Origin: a virus
Taxonomy: Duplodnaviria; Caudoviricetes
DNA: 64,000 bases
Reading direction: 5' to 3' (one strand)
Virus record (IMG/VR): IMGVR_UViG_2882837327_000005
Coordinates: 1-64,000 of that record
This document shows, piece after piece, positions 1 through 9,563 of this stretch. The notes below the pieces were generated by a model. The model worked only from the letters and a program-made list of their open reading frames with translations. It was not told where the DNA came from and ran no database searches. Position 1 is the stretch's first letter, and every line of letters begins with the position of its first letter. The position numbers and the translations under genes were made by a program.

Positions 1-369
1 ATGGAGTACCTCGGCATCGCCGGCGGCTGCCTGGTGGCCGGCGCGCTGACCCTGCTGCGGCTGCTGCAGATGTCGCGCTGGATCAGGCGCGACGCGGTGC
101 ATCTGGGCGTGCCGTCCCTCTGGGCGGTCTCGGGCCAGGCGGTGCAGGTGCGTTACCTGCTGGACGACGGCAGGCCGGTCATCGCCTCGTTGCGCCATTA
201 CGGCAGGGGCGGCCCGCCCGCCAAGGGCGCGACGGCAAGGATCATCCAACATCCGGAAGACCCGGAGCGCATCGAATGGGCCATGGCCCGCCCCATCCTG
301 GCCGCGATACTGGCGGTGCTGGCCTTCGTCATGGTGAAGGCGCTGATGGGGTGGTGGTCTGGGGGGTGA
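1..369 (+). CDS. Host membrane protein (DUF3592-like: TM, beta-rich domain, TM) outside the prophage; may be 5'-truncated
   Basis: N- and C-terminal hydrophobic helices; lies outside the att core. Confidence 0.55.
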   Translation: MEYLGIAGGCLVAGALTLLRLLQMSRWIRRDAVHLGVPSLWAVSGQAVQVRYLLDDGRPVIASLRHYGRGGPPAKGATARIIQHPEDPERIEWAMARPILAAILAVLAFVMVKALMGWWSGG

Positions 370-418
370 TGGTGCCGACTCGGGGAATTGAACCCCGGAC
401 CTACTGATTACGAATCAG
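370..418 (-). repeat. Prophage att core: duplicated 3' half of tRNA-Thr(CGT)
   Basis: Minus strand reads CTGAT-TCGTAA-TCAG...GGGG-TTCAATT-CCCC-GAGTCGGCACCA (anticodon arm CGT, T arm, CCA); the 5' acceptor and D arm are replaced by AT-rich non-tRNA sequence. Confidence 0.85.
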
Positions 419-670
419 AGTTTCCACCAAATAAATAGCTGAAAAGACTACAAATTATTTTCGGTATCCCGAAATTCGGCCTTTTGGCTACCACATGGCT
501 ACCACTGCGCTGAAGCGGGGCTGGCCGAAAAATTTTGCAGCAAGAACAATGACCACAGCGAATTAACCATCGCGATGTGTTTTCGTGGTTGTCAGAGCAC
601 ATTCTAATGTGTTTTCTGTGTTCCGCCGGGGAGCCTTCCCAGGCCTAAACAGCCACAGAGAACGCCTCCG

Positions 671-2395
671 ATGCTCCCCTCCACCTTCCTCGACGAACTG
701 CGCGGCCGCACGCCGTTGCACACCCTCGTCGGCCGTAAGGTGAAGCTGGAGCGGCGGGGTCGCCAGTGGAAGGGTTGCTGTCCTTTCCATTCCGAGAAGT
801 CGGCGTCCTTCTATGTCTACCCGGACCACTACCACTGCTTCGGCTGCGGCGCCCACGGCGACGCCATCGCCTTCCTGACCGAGGGCGAGGGCCTTCCGTT
901 CCGCGAAGCCGTGGAGCGCCTGGCTGCCGAGGCGGGCATGGACGTGCCCCAGGACAGCCCCAAGGCGGCGCAGCGCGCTGAGGAAGCCAAGTCTCTGCAG
1001 GACGTCCTGGCCGCTGCCCAGGATGCCTTCACCCGGCGCCTGAAACTGCCCGAAGGTGCTGAGGGTCTGGCCTACCTCCGTAAGCGCGGCCTCAGCGACG
1101 AGACCATCGCGCGCTTCGGCCTCGGCTGGTCCGGGTCGGGCCGCGGCGCGCTGACAGCAGATCTCCGCGCCCAGGGCATCACTCCAGAGCAGATGCTGGC
1201 CGCCGGCCTCCTGCTGGAGCGCGATGGGCGCCTGGTGGATCTCTACTTCGACCGGGTGACCTTCCCCATCAGGAACGAGCGGGGCCGGGTCATCGCCTTC
1301 GGCGGCCGCGTGCTCGGTGACGCCAAGCCCAAGTACATCAACGGCAGCGAAAGCCCGGTTTTCTCGAAGCGCCGCAGCCTCTACGGCCTGGATCTGGCGC
1401 GCGAGGGCATCTTCCGGGGTGCCGCGCCTGTGGTGGTCGAGGGCTACCTGGACGTCATCGCCCTGCACGAGGCGGGGTTCCGTGGCGCCGTCGCCCCGCT
1501 CGGCACCGCGCTGACCGAGGAACAGCTGCAGCTTCTCTGGGGCATCAACCCCGAACCCGTCCTGTGCTTCGACGGCGATAGCGCGGGCTCGAAGGCCGCC
1601 GCGCGGGCTGTGGAGCTGGCAATGGGCCTCCTCGAGCCCGGGCGCTCCATCCGTATCATGACCCTGCCGGTGGGCCAGGATCCCGATAGCCTGGTGCGCG
1701 AACGCGGCGCTGCCGCCTTCCAACAGCACATGGCTGTCGCCCGCCCGCTGCACGAGGTTCTCTACACGGTCATCGAGCGGTCCATCCCCGCCGGCACGCC
1801 CGAAGCCCGGGCCCAGCTGCGCCATCGCCTGGAAACGGCCGCTGGCCAGATCAAGGACAAGGCGCTGGCGCAGGAGTACCGGAAGGCCCTGCTGGACCAG
1901 TTCTATCGCGCAGCCCGCCCGGGCGCTCCCAGCCGCGGGGCGAAGGGCATGCGATACGCCCGGCCGACCGAGGTCGGGGACCAGGTGCGCGTGGCGCTGG
2001 CCCGCATCGTCCTGCACGCGGCGGCCCACCACCCGGACGTCCTCGACGAGCTCGAGGAGCAGCTGGCCATGGCCTCCCTGCCCCGCGGCCGCTGCGCCGA
2101 CCTTCGCGATGCCCTGCTCCGCGACCGCACGCTGCCTGCCAGCGACCTGGGCTGGCTCCAGGGGGCGGACATCCCCCCCGAGGTGACTGCCCATGCCGCG
2201 CCGGACGAAGCGGTCGCCATCGCCCAGGGCGTGCTGACCCGACTGCAGAGCGAGCAAGTGCTCACCGCTGACCTGGAAGCCGCCGTCGAGGCCTTCGCAG
2301 CCGGCGACGCCGCCGCTGAGGCCCGCCTCATCACCCTCAACCGTGAGCTGCTGGCGCTGCGCGCCGGCGAGCCCTTGGAGGACGCGTTGTGCTGA
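671..2395 (+). CDS. dnaG: DNA primase (CHC2 Zn finger + TOPRIM)
   Basis: CPFHSEKSASF..YHCFGCGAHGD, FGGRVL, PKYING, VEGYLDV, FDGDSAG, QDPD motifs. Confidence 0.95.
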   Translation: MLPSTFLDELRGRTPLHTLVGRKVKLERRGRQWKGCCPFHSEKSASFYVYPDHYHCFGCGAHGDAIAFLTEGEGLPFREAVERLAAEAGMDVPQDSPKAAQRAEEAKSLQDVLAAAQDAFTRRLKLPEGAEGLAYLRKRGLSDETIARFGLGWSGSGRGALTADLRAQGITPEQMLAAGLLLERDGRLVDLYFDRVTFPIRNERGRVIAFGGRVLGDAKPKYINGSESPVFSKRRSLYGLDLAREGIFRGAAPVVVEGYLDVIALHEAGFRGAVAPLGTALTEEQLQLLWGINPEPVLCFDGDSAGSKAAARAVELAMGLLEPGRSIRIMTLPVGQDPDSLVRERGAAAFQQHMAVARPLHEVLYTVIERSIPAGTPEARAQLRHRLETAAGQIKDKALAQEYRKALLDQFYRAARPGAPSRGAKGMRYARPTEVGDQVRVALARIVLHAAAHHPDVLDELEEQLAMASLPRGRCADLRDALLRDRTLPASDLGWLQGADIPPEVTAHAAPDEAVAIAQGVLTRLQSEQVLTADLEAAVEAFAAGDAAAEARLITLNRELLALRAGEPLEDALC

Positions 2396-2610
2396 ACTCC
2401 GTGATTCTGCTGGTGCAGATCTGCATGGCCCCCGCCTCCGGCGGCATCCTGCTCCAGGGCTGTGTCCACCGGACCTATGAGTCGACCGACTGCGCCTCGG
2501 CGCTGGCCATGGCCGCCTCCATTGTCGCTTCGGACCGCGTCGTGGTGCCGGGCGGCTGCGTCAACGTCATGGAGCCCGCGCGGCGCGCGGCGGCCCGGGG
2601 GCGCAACTGA
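2389..2610 (+). CDS. Small Cys-containing hypothetical protein
   Basis: Overlaps both neighbours; hydrophobic N-terminus. Confidence 0.6.
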   Translation: MLNSVILLVQICMAPASGGILLQGCVHRTYESTDCASALAMAASIVASDRVVVPGGCVNVMEPARRAAARGRN

Positions 2611-2936
2611 TGGGCGCCTTGGATCACGGGCGCATCCCGACCCATCGCCTGATGGCGGCCTTCACCTCGGCCGCCCAGGTCCATGTCGAGCTCACCTGCC
2701 GGCAGATGGCCTTTCTGTGCCGGTTGGCGACCGATGGCGGAAAGTCCACGGCGTACTATGCCGAGAAGCTCGGCGTGTCGAAGCCCGCCATCACCCGGGC
2801 CTGCGACCGCCTCAGCGTCCTCGGGCTCTGCCATCGGAAAGGCAGCGACTTCGACCGCCGCCAGGTGGTGCTGACCATCACCTCCGAGGGGCGCGCGCTG
2901 CTCGAGAAAGTGGCGTCCGCGCAGGTGGAGGGCTGA
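2610..2936 (+). CDS. MarR-family winged-HTH regulator
   Basis: LTCRQMAFL..YYAEKLGVSKPAITRACDRL..L..R..DRRQVVLTITSEG. Confidence 0.85.
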   Translation: MGALDHGRIPTHRLMAAFTSAAQVHVELTCRQMAFLCRLATDGGKSTAYYAEKLGVSKPAITRACDRLSVLGLCHRKGSDFDRRQVVLTITSEGRALLEKVASAQVEG

Positions 2937-2938
2937 CC

Positions 2939-3343
2939 ATGTCCGACCCCAACCACCTGAGCTTCGCCCCGCCGCCTGAGAGCGGGTTCTGGGCTGACGC
3001 CTTCAAGGAGGCGAGCCAGCCCCTCGAGGCACTGCAGCGCTACCTCTACGCCCTGCATGATGCAGACTGGGAACAGGCGGGCCCGCGCCAGGTCGGGCAC
3101 GCGCGCCGCATGGCTATCGCCATCCTGCCCGGGGTGATGCCGCTGCGCGAGGAGATGCTCTCGCAGCCGGGCGAGGCCGGGATCGCGGCCCGTGAACTGT
3201 TCAACTTCCTGGACCAGCTGCCACAGGCTGCGCCGCCCTGCCGGCCTGAGCAGGCGCGGGCCATCCGGCGGGCGCTGATGCCGGCGGCCAAGACTGGATT
3301 CCGGGATCGCGTGCGAGCCTTCTTCCGGAGGGCCTTCTCGTGA
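2939..3343 (+). CDS. Hypothetical protein
   Basis: ATG after a GGAGG RBS; stop overlaps the next GTG. Confidence 0.7.
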   Translation: MSDPNHLSFAPPPESGFWADAFKEASQPLEALQRYLYALHDADWEQAGPRQVGHARRMAIAILPGVMPLREEMLSQPGEAGIAARELFNFLDQLPQAAPPCRPEQARAIRRALMPAAKTGFRDRVRAFFRRAFS

Positions 3344-4083
3344 GCGCGGCGCAACAGACCAATCCGAAGCCTTTGCAGATGAAGGCGTATGGCAGCACGC
3401 CGCACCTGCCTGGATCTCGGCTTGGGCCTGGGGACTGGACCATCCACCCCGGCCAGGCCGCGATCTGCACTGACAAGGCGCGTGACAAGCACGACGTCAT
3501 CCACATCACCGAGAAGCTGGACGGCTCCTGCTGCTGCGTCGCTCGGATCGGGGACGACATCGTCCCGCTGACCCGCGCTGGCTACCACGCCAGCACGTCG
3601 CCTTTCCCGCAACACCACCGCTTCGCCGAGTGGGTGGCGGCCCGTGCCGAGCGCTTTCGGCACGCGATGCCTGCCGACACGCGGCTGGTCGGGGAGTGGA
3701 TGCTGCAGGCCCATGGCTCGCGATACGCGATCACCAGTGTCGAGCAGCTTTTCGCCCCCTTCGCTCTTTTCCAGGGGCGGAAGAGGCAGCCGATGGCGAG
3801 CTTCTACAAGGTCAAGACGCTGGCCGGCCTCTGCGCGGCCAAGCTGCTGCACTTCGGCGCCCCCCTCTCGATCGAGGCCGCCTTCAGCTTTGCCTGCGAG
3901 CGCGGCGGCGGGCTGGGATGCCAGGATACGCCTGAGGGCGTCGTCTATGTGGTGGAGCGGAATGGGGTCTTCGACTTCGCCGCCAAATGGGTGCGCCCCG
4001 ACAAGATTGACGGGGTGCTGCTGCCGGAGATCGGTGGCGGGCCGCTTGTCCTGAACTGGGCCGGCGGGATGGGTGCTGCCTGA
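3340..4083 (+). CDS. ATP-dependent RNA ligase family protein
   Basis: Y..TPHLP, TEKLDGS (KxDG), GEW, PEGVV, AKWVR nucleotidyltransferase motifs. Confidence 0.8.
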   Translation: MSAAQQTNPKPLQMKAYGSTPHLPGSRLGPGDWTIHPGQAAICTDKARDKHDVIHITEKLDGSCCCVARIGDDIVPLTRAGYHASTSPFPQHHRFAEWVAARAERFRHAMPADTRLVGEWMLQAHGSRYAITSVEQLFAPFALFQGRKRQPMASFYKVKTLAGLCAAKLLHFGAPLSIEAAFSFACERGGGLGCQDTPEGVVYVVERNGVFDFAAKWVRPDKIDGVLLPEIGGGPLVLNWAGGMGAA

Positions 4084-4310
4084 TGGCCGGCAACAAACTG
4101 ACGCCCTCGCGCCTCCTGAAGGAGCTCGGCTCTGGCGCCCAGACTTGGGTTCTTGCCAAGCGCCTGGACGCCCGGACCGCCGATGTGCGGAAGGCCATGG
4201 TGCAGTTGGAGAAGGCGGGCAAGGTCGGCCGCAAAGCTGACTGGAACGCGTGCAACAGCATCTTCTGGGTGCCGGCGAGCGCCGTGCAGCCGAAGGCGGT
4301 GGCGCCGTGA
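4083..4310 (+). CDS. Small winged-HTH protein
   Basis: TWVLAKRLDARTADVRKAMVQLEKAGKV...W; similar to 12839-13108. Confidence 0.55.
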   Translation: MAGNKLTPSRLLKELGSGAQTWVLAKRLDARTADVRKAMVQLEKAGKVGRKADWNACNSIFWVPASAVQPKAVAP

Positions 4311-5053
4311 CCGACCGCCCCATCATCTTCTCGGCGCCGATGGTGCGCGCCCTGCTGGACGGCAGGAAGGCGCAGACGCGGCGGGTGCTGAAGCCGCAGC
4401 CGCCTGAATGGGCCACCTTCTGCGAGCAACCCGAAATGATGAACGCGCTTCATCAGTGGGTTCCCTCAGGACTGTGGCGGTGGAGCGAGCCGGAGCAAAC
4501 CCCGCGCCGCCCTCTGCGAGCATGGCCCGTGGACGCGGACGGCGAGCACTTTTGGGCGCGCCTTCGCTACGCCCCCGGCGACCGGCTGTGGGTGCGGGAG
4601 GCGTGGTGGACAGACTGCGCATTCGACGGGACGGCGCCGCGCGATCTCCAGAGATTCGCTGGCGACCTTCAGCGCGACTTGCCGATCTGGTTTGCCGAGG
4701 ACGACAAGTCTCGCGCATGGGGAACTGCCCGCCCCTCCATCTTCATGCCGCGCTGGGCCAGCCGGCTCACACTGCACATCGAGGAGGTGCGGGTGCAACG
4801 GCTGCAGGAGATCAGCGAGGAGGATGCGTGCGCCGAGGGCGGCTTGCAGCTCCGATCTGGACGGTGGGTGACTGCCCAAGGCGAGCAGCATTTCGGGCTG
4901 GCGCGCCACAGCGCGCGCAGCTGGTTCAGCCGCCTGTGGGGCGACCTCCACGGCCCCGAAGCCTGGGCCGCTAATCCCTGGGTCGCCGCCCTGACCTTCC
5001 GGGTCGAGCACGCCAACATCGACGCGGCGAAGGCCGCCGAGGTGGCGGCATGA
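4307..5053 (+). CDS. Conserved phage protein (ASCH/PUA-like)
   Basis: RPIIFSAPMVRALLDGRKAQTRR, GDRLWVRE, RPSIFMPRWASRLTL, NPWV signature. Confidence 0.8.
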   Translation: MTDRPIIFSAPMVRALLDGRKAQTRRVLKPQPPEWATFCEQPEMMNALHQWVPSGLWRWSEPEQTPRRPLRAWPVDADGEHFWARLRYAPGDRLWVREAWWTDCAFDGTAPRDLQRFAGDLQRDLPIWFAEDDKSRAWGTARPSIFMPRWASRLTLHIEEVRVQRLQEISEEDACAEGGLQLRSGRWVTAQGEQHFGLARHSARSWFSRLWGDLHGPEAWAANPWVAALTFRVEHANIDAAKAAEVAA

Positions 5054-5541
5054 CCTTCGAGCGCGCGGATACCTGGCTGCTGGATCGCGTCTTCCAGCCC
5101 ATCGCCACGGGCCTCGCTGGCTGGGCCTCCCCGCTGAAGATCGGCCGGGAATGCCTGGTCGCGGCGCTGGGCTTGAGCCTGACCGCGGACTTCCTGGTGG
5201 TCAGCCAGGGCGCCTTCACCACTATGCGCCTGGCAGCCTCACTCCTGCAGCTGGTGGCCATCTGGTACATGGCCAGTCGCGCCAGCCAAGTGGACCAGCG
5301 CCTGAAGGAAGGCGCCATGAACCCGCTCCGCGCGGATTGGGTGCTGTTCCGGTACATTGACTTGGTCGTCGTGCCTTTGAGCGCGCTGGGGCTGCCTAAC
5401 GCCATTGCTGACAAGGGCGCGGCGCTGGCGCTCCTTAACTTCATCGAGGCCATTGCGGTGATGGCCGGGGTCTACCTCGCATCCTGCCAGAAAACGCCCC
5501 CGCCGCTGCCGTTGGCCCGCGCTGTGGGAGCGGGCGCATGA
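5050..5541 (+). CDS. Multi-TM membrane protein
   Basis: About 4 hydrophobic segments; ATGA coupling. Confidence 0.65.
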   Translation: MTFERADTWLLDRVFQPIATGLAGWASPLKIGRECLVAALGLSLTADFLVVSQGAFTTMRLAASLLQLVAIWYMASRASQVDQRLKEGAMNPLRADWVLFRYIDLVVVPLSALGLPNAIADKGAALALLNFIEAIAVMAGVYLASCQKTPPPLPLARAVGAGA

Positions 5542-6071
5542 CCGACCTCCTCCTGGCCGTGGACAACACGCGCAGCGCCCTCATCAGCCCCTGCGGCACC
5601 TATCGCTACACCCTGGGCCGAGTGCTCGGCCACGGGCGCAGGTCCGTGGTCTGGGCCATGCTGAACCCCAGCACCGCCGACGCCCTGAAGGACGATCCCA
5701 CGATCCGGCGCGTGGTCGATTTCTCCCGGCGTTGGGGCTTCGACCAGGTGACGGTGGTGAACCTCTACGCGCTCCGCTCGTCTCAGCCTGAGGCACTGTG
5801 GTGCCACCAGGATCCTGTGGGGACGGAGAACGACCGCCATATCCGGCGGGCCTTGCTCGACGCCGAGACGGTCGTTTGCGCCTGGGGCGCCCATGCCAAA
5901 GCGGACCGCGTGCGCGCCGTCCTGGACCTCATCCGAGATGCTGGCCTTCGCCCCCACTGCTTGGGGCTCACGAAACACGGGCAGCCCCGCCACCCCCTCT
6001 ACATCCGCGCCGCTGAGCCGCTGACCGTCTGGGACGGTGGCGCCCCGGCCAACCATGGAGCCACCGCATGA
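5538..6071 (+). CDS. DUF1643 family protein
   Basis: YRYTL, MLNPSTAD..DDPT, VNLYA, CAWG, GQPRHPLY. Confidence 0.9.
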   Translation: MTDLLLAVDNTRSALISPCGTYRYTLGRVLGHGRRSVVWAMLNPSTADALKDDPTIRRVVDFSRRWGFDQVTVVNLYALRSSQPEALWCHQDPVGTENDRHIRRALLDAETVVCAWGAHAKADRVRAVLDLIRDAGLRPHCLGLTKHGQPRHPLYIRAAEPLTVWDGGAPANHGATA

Positions 6072-6883
6072 GCAAATCCGACAGCGCCATGGCCGCCCCC
6101 GATACCGCCGCCGATTCCTGCCACATCACGATCGACCTGCTCAGCGAGTGGGATTGGCATGAGGAAGGCCGCGAATGGTTCCGCACCAAATTTCCCGACG
6201 GCGCCAGCTACGGTGAAACCAGCGAGGCTCTGCTGGCTGAAAACCTCCGTTCTGATGCCCTGTGGTTGGACTATCGCGCCATAGACGCCTGGGGCTTGCG
6301 GCGCGATTTCGTTGCCCGGGCTGTCACTGACATGACCAGGATCACCCAGCAGGCGGCTGGGAAAGCCCTGGATAGCTACGCTGGCCGCAGCGAGTGCTCG
6401 ATCTATTCCGGCCGCGTGGCGTCTTCAGCACATGCTGCCCGCCTCGCGGTATCGACACGCTTCAGCAACGTCGCGACCTCCGGTGACGCCAGTATCGTGG
6501 TCTCCTCGGGCTACGCCGACCAAATCGCGGCGTGTGGCGACGAAAGCGTCATCGCGGCCTCGGGCAGCTGCAACCGTCTCGCCGTATCAGGCGATGAAAG
6601 CAGCATCGCGGCCACAGGCGGCGATGGTTGCCTCGCGTCCTCAGGCAGATCCTGCCGTCTTGCGGCATCGGGCAGATCCAGCCGCCTCGCGGCCGCAGGA
6701 CCGGACAGCAGCCTGATGCTCGGCCCCGATAGCTGCGGCTCCGCCGTCTGGTGGGATGGGGTCCGCTATCGCTTCGCCACGTGCACCACGTCCGAGGGCG
6801 AACTGTCGCCCGGCGAGCAGAGAGTGCGCGTGGGCGTGCGGTATCGCGTCAGCGACACCGGTCAGTTCGAAGAGGACGCGTGA
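6068..6883 (+). CDS. Phage protein with 9-aa SGxxSxxAx repeats (beta-helix-like)
   Basis: EGREWF..KFP N-domain and tandem SGDASIVVS/SGDESSIAA/SGRSCRLAA repeats. Confidence 0.75.
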   Translation: MSKSDSAMAAPDTAADSCHITIDLLSEWDWHEEGREWFRTKFPDGASYGETSEALLAENLRSDALWLDYRAIDAWGLRRDFVARAVTDMTRITQQAAGKALDSYAGRSECSIYSGRVASSAHAARLAVSTRFSNVATSGDASIVVSSGYADQIAACGDESVIAASGSCNRLAVSGDESSIAATGGDGCLASSGRSCRLAASGRSSRLAAAGPDSSLMLGPDSCGSAVWWDGVRYRFATCTTSEGELSPGEQRVRVGVRYRVSDTGQFEEDA

Positions 6884-7065
6884 CAGGCGGGCGCCGCCCG
6901 CTGCCGTGCCTGTGCCCGGTCTGCCTGGGCACAGGCCTCGCCTGGAACCCTTTCCGTCGCACCGAGTGGCCCTGCCCCGTGTGCGACGGCCAACGACACC
7001 CCGAAGAGCAGCCGGCCACGATGCCGCTGCGGAGACGCCGAGATGAAGGTCACCGTATCCCATAA
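6880..7065 (+). CDS. Small CxxCxGxG zinc-finger protein
   Basis: CPVCLGTG...CPVCDG; GTG overlaps the upstream stop. Confidence 0.6.
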   Translation: MTGGRRPLPCLCPVCLGTGLAWNPFRRTEWPCPVCDGQRHPEEQPATMPLRRRRDEGHRIP

Positions 7066-7498
7066 GGTCGCCATTGAGGTGACGCATATCGATGTCGAGG
7101 CGGGCGTCCGCTACTGGGAGGACGCCACGGTCAACGGCGTTGCCGACGAGGATGGCACCCTGATCCCCGGCCGCGTGGGCGAGCACTGGAAGGTGCGCAT
7201 CCGGCTTGCCGATGGCGTGGTGGAGGACTGGCCGGCGGGAACCACCGCCGATATCCACTACAAGGTCTGCGACGAGGGCCAGTACTGGCTTTCTGATGCC
7301 TCCAGGCAGCGGCAGATGAAGTGGGCCGGCTACTATGTGCCCAACGATTTCCTATGCCACGGCGGCAGAGGCTACGGCGACTACATCATCCTGGAGATTG
7401 ATGGGGCCGGGGTGATCCAAGGGTATCAGCAGCCCACCATCGACGACGAAGAGTGGCAAGTCGTGGAGCCGGCCGCCCAGGAGCGCAACGATGGCTGA
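7043..7498 (+). CDS. Conserved hypothetical phage protein
   Basis: VRYWEDATVNG..HYKVCDEG..GYGDYI; GC3-rich codons. Confidence 0.8.
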   Translation: MKVTVSHKVAIEVTHIDVEAGVRYWEDATVNGVADEDGTLIPGRVGEHWKVRIRLADGVVEDWPAGTTADIHYKVCDEGQYWLSDASRQRQMKWAGYYVPNDFLCHGGRGYGDYIILEIDGAGVIQGYQQPTIDDEEWQVVEPAAQERNDG

Positions 7499-7781
7499 CC
7501 ACGCTCTTCCGATGCCCGGCATCATCATCGAGACCCTGGCGGGCCAGTGCCCGGTCGAGGCCGAGGGCACCATCGACGGCGAGCCCTTCTACTTCCGGTC
7601 GCGCGGCGCCCACTGGACGCTGGGCATCGGCGGAGAGGTGATCGGCGATCCCCGGTGGCAGTACCGCGAGCCCTACGGCACCTGGCCGGACGCCGGCTAC
7701 ATCACCGAGGAACAGGCTCGCCGCTTCATCGCGGAGGGCGCTGCGCGCTACCGCGCCGCTGCGGAGGTCGCCGATGCCTGA
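7491..7781 (+). CDS. Hypothetical protein
   Basis: CPVEAEGTIDGEPFYFRSRG; coupled operon. Confidence 0.75.
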   Translation: MADHALPMPGIIIETLAGQCPVEAEGTIDGEPFYFRSRGAHWTLGIGGEVIGDPRWQYREPYGTWPDAGYITEEQARRFIAEGAARYRAAAEVADA

Positions 7782-7869
7782 GCTCCTTGCCGTGGCGATC
7801 GGCTGCTTCGTGGCTGGCTGGTGGTGCGGAGAGCGCTATCTGCGCCGCCGCCGGCGGTCGCGCCTATGA
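7774..7869 (+). CDS. 31-aa single-TM peptide (not in ORF track)
   Basis: MPELLAVAIGCFVAGWWCGERYLRRRRRSRL; GGAGG RBS; fills the operon gap. Confidence 0.55.
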   Translation: MPELLAVAIGCFVAGWWCGERYLRRRRRSRL

Positions 7870-8147
7870 GCACCGCACCCGTCGCCCGCGCCCGCGAGGC
7901 GCGCATCCGCGAGATCGCCACCGCCCGCTGGACCGCCACGCCCCAGCGCGGCGACTGGTGGTTCAACACCCACCACCAGAACTACCAGGCCGTGCTGCGC
8001 GCGGGCCCGTTCTGCGTGGTGGACGCGCATCTGGTCGAGATGACCGACGCCCAATTCGAGCGCTGGCTCAGCCGGGTCCAGGAGATCCGAGGCAATGCCC
8101 AGCGCGCCCTGGCCGCAGAGGCCATGCCCTCGGAGGAAGCAGCATGA
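7866..8147 (+). CDS. Hypothetical protein
   Basis: ATGA coupling. Confidence 0.65.
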   Translation: MSTAPVARAREARIREIATARWTATPQRGDWWFNTHHQNYQAVLRAGPFCVVDAHLVEMTDAQFERWLSRVQEIRGNAQRALAAEAMPSEEAA

Positions 8148-8701
8148 GCAACCGCACCCTGATCGAGCTGAACCACGACTACTGCCCGAACCCGCGCGAC
8201 GACGCGGCACTGCTGGACTGGGCTCGCGCCATGGTCCGGTACATGGGTGGCGCCGACCCCGCCGATCTGCCGCAGGGGGTGGTGCGCAAGCACTTCCGGC
8301 ATCACTCCGAGCCGTGCCCGATGGAGGCCGGCCCCACTGGCGGCGTCACCGCAGCCGATCTCATCGCGCTGAGGCGGCATCTCGACCGTGCTGCAGAACA
8401 GGTGAGCGACCTTCAAGGCAAGGTCATCAGCACGCGATCGAGATTCGACGCGGACACCTTCGCCCTTGCTGGGGACGAGGTGCTGCCCGGCTACGGTGTC
8501 GCCGAGGCCCTCGATTTCCAGGACTTCCTGGTTCCAGTGGAGGTGCATGCCTGGGCGATCGTGCGCCGCGTTTGGGCCGTCCGCGTCCCGATTGGCGACG
8601 CTGACGGCAACCATGATGGCGACGAAATCATGGAGTTCGCCACCAAGGACGAGGCCGAGGCCTTCGTGAAGTCCGTGGAGACGCCCGATGCAACCGAATG
8701 A
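8144..8701 (+). CDS. Hypothetical protein (possibly two fused modules)
   Basis: MSNRTLIELNHDY..RHHSEPC; RBS present. Confidence 0.7.
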   Translation: MSNRTLIELNHDYCPNPRDDAALLDWARAMVRYMGGADPADLPQGVVRKHFRHHSEPCPMEAGPTGGVTAADLIALRRHLDRAAEQVSDLQGKVISTRSRFDADTFALAGDEVLPGYGVAEALDFQDFLVPVEVHAWAIVRRVWAVRVPIGDADGNHDGDEIMEFATKDEAEAFVKSVETPDATE

Positions 8702-9068
8702 AGCCCTCATCCGCGCGGTGGCCAAGGCCGCGTGCCCGGGCCGCGAGCCCTGCAAGGACGACCTCTGGCAGGCGGAGATCTACATCCGCGCCCTGGCCGA
8801 GGTCAGCCCTGAGGTTCGCATGGTGCTGTCCGACAGGGACGAGGACCAGGCCTTCATCATCCGGCACGCCGATCCCGACTGCCCGGACATCGTGTTCTCC
8901 GGGTGCGGTGCGCGGGAGGGCGCCTACCGTCGCTATGCTCGGCGCCTCGCCGCCTGGAACTGCGACCTCTTCCAGCTGATTTGCGGCAGCCAGCACAAGG
9001 ATGAGGTGCGGCGCCGGATCCTGCAGGAGAGCCGCCGCGCGCAGCAGGAGGGGCCCCGTGCAGCTTGA
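8688..9068 (+). CDS. Hypothetical protein
   Basis: Coupled ORF, GC3-rich. Confidence 0.65.
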   Translation: MQPNEALIRAVAKAACPGREPCKDDLWQAEIYIRALAEVSPEVRMVLSDRDEDQAFIIRHADPDCPDIVFSGCGAREGAYRRYARRLAAWNCDLFQLICGSQHKDEVRRRILQESRRAQQEGPRAA

Positions 9069-9231
9069 CCCCCAACTGTGCGAGCGCCTGGCCCGCAAGG
9101 TCTGGCCGGGCCGCAAGCCCTCCAAGGCCAACCTCTGGAACACAACCGCGCTGCTCGGCGCCCTGTGCGAGGAGGTCCCCGAGATCGCGGACGTCCTCGG
9201 GGCGCGGCTGGCCGCAGGTGAACCGAAATGA
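9058..9231 (+). CDS. Small hypothetical protein
   Basis: GGAGG RBS, GTG start, coupled. Confidence 0.55.
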   Translation: MQLDPQLCERLARKVWPGRKPSKANLWNTTALLGALCEEVPEIADVLGARLAAGEPK

Positions 9232-9563
9232 ACCGCCGCATCCTGAAGAAGCAGTGCAAGCGCGCCATGGAGGTGCTGATCCAGCACCACGGCTACCGCG
9301 CGTCCTCCTTCAAGGCGGCGACTGGCGACGAGTGCATCGTCGTCCTGGCAAAGGGCTTCGACCGCCGGCAGCTGGACGATGGCAGGCCCGAACCAGACTG
9401 GGCCTGGCTGCACCCCGGCCCCCTGAAGGGCACGCCGCTGTTCTACCGGCAGGTCAACCACGAGCACGACGAGTGGGACCACAAGCTTCCCACCGAGGAG
9501 CTCGCCGACATCACTACGGACTGGTCAGGGTTTCTGGCCCCGGCTGGAAGCGAGGCAGCATGA
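9228..9563 (+). CDS. Hypothetical protein
   Basis: MNRRILKKQCKRAM; ATGA coupling. Confidence 0.7.
   Translation: MNRRILKKQCKRAMEVLIQHHGYRASSFKAATGDECIVVLAKGFDRRQLDDGRPEPDWAWLHPGPLKGTPLFYRQVNHEHDEWDHKLPTEELADITTDWSGFLAPAGSEAA

Noticed and set aside
370-445. Complete tRNA-Thr gene
   Set aside because: 5' acceptor strand and D arm are missing; it is the att duplication
609-623. SOS box upstream of dnaG
   Set aside because: GTTT/GTTC half-sites are 5 nt apart, not 7
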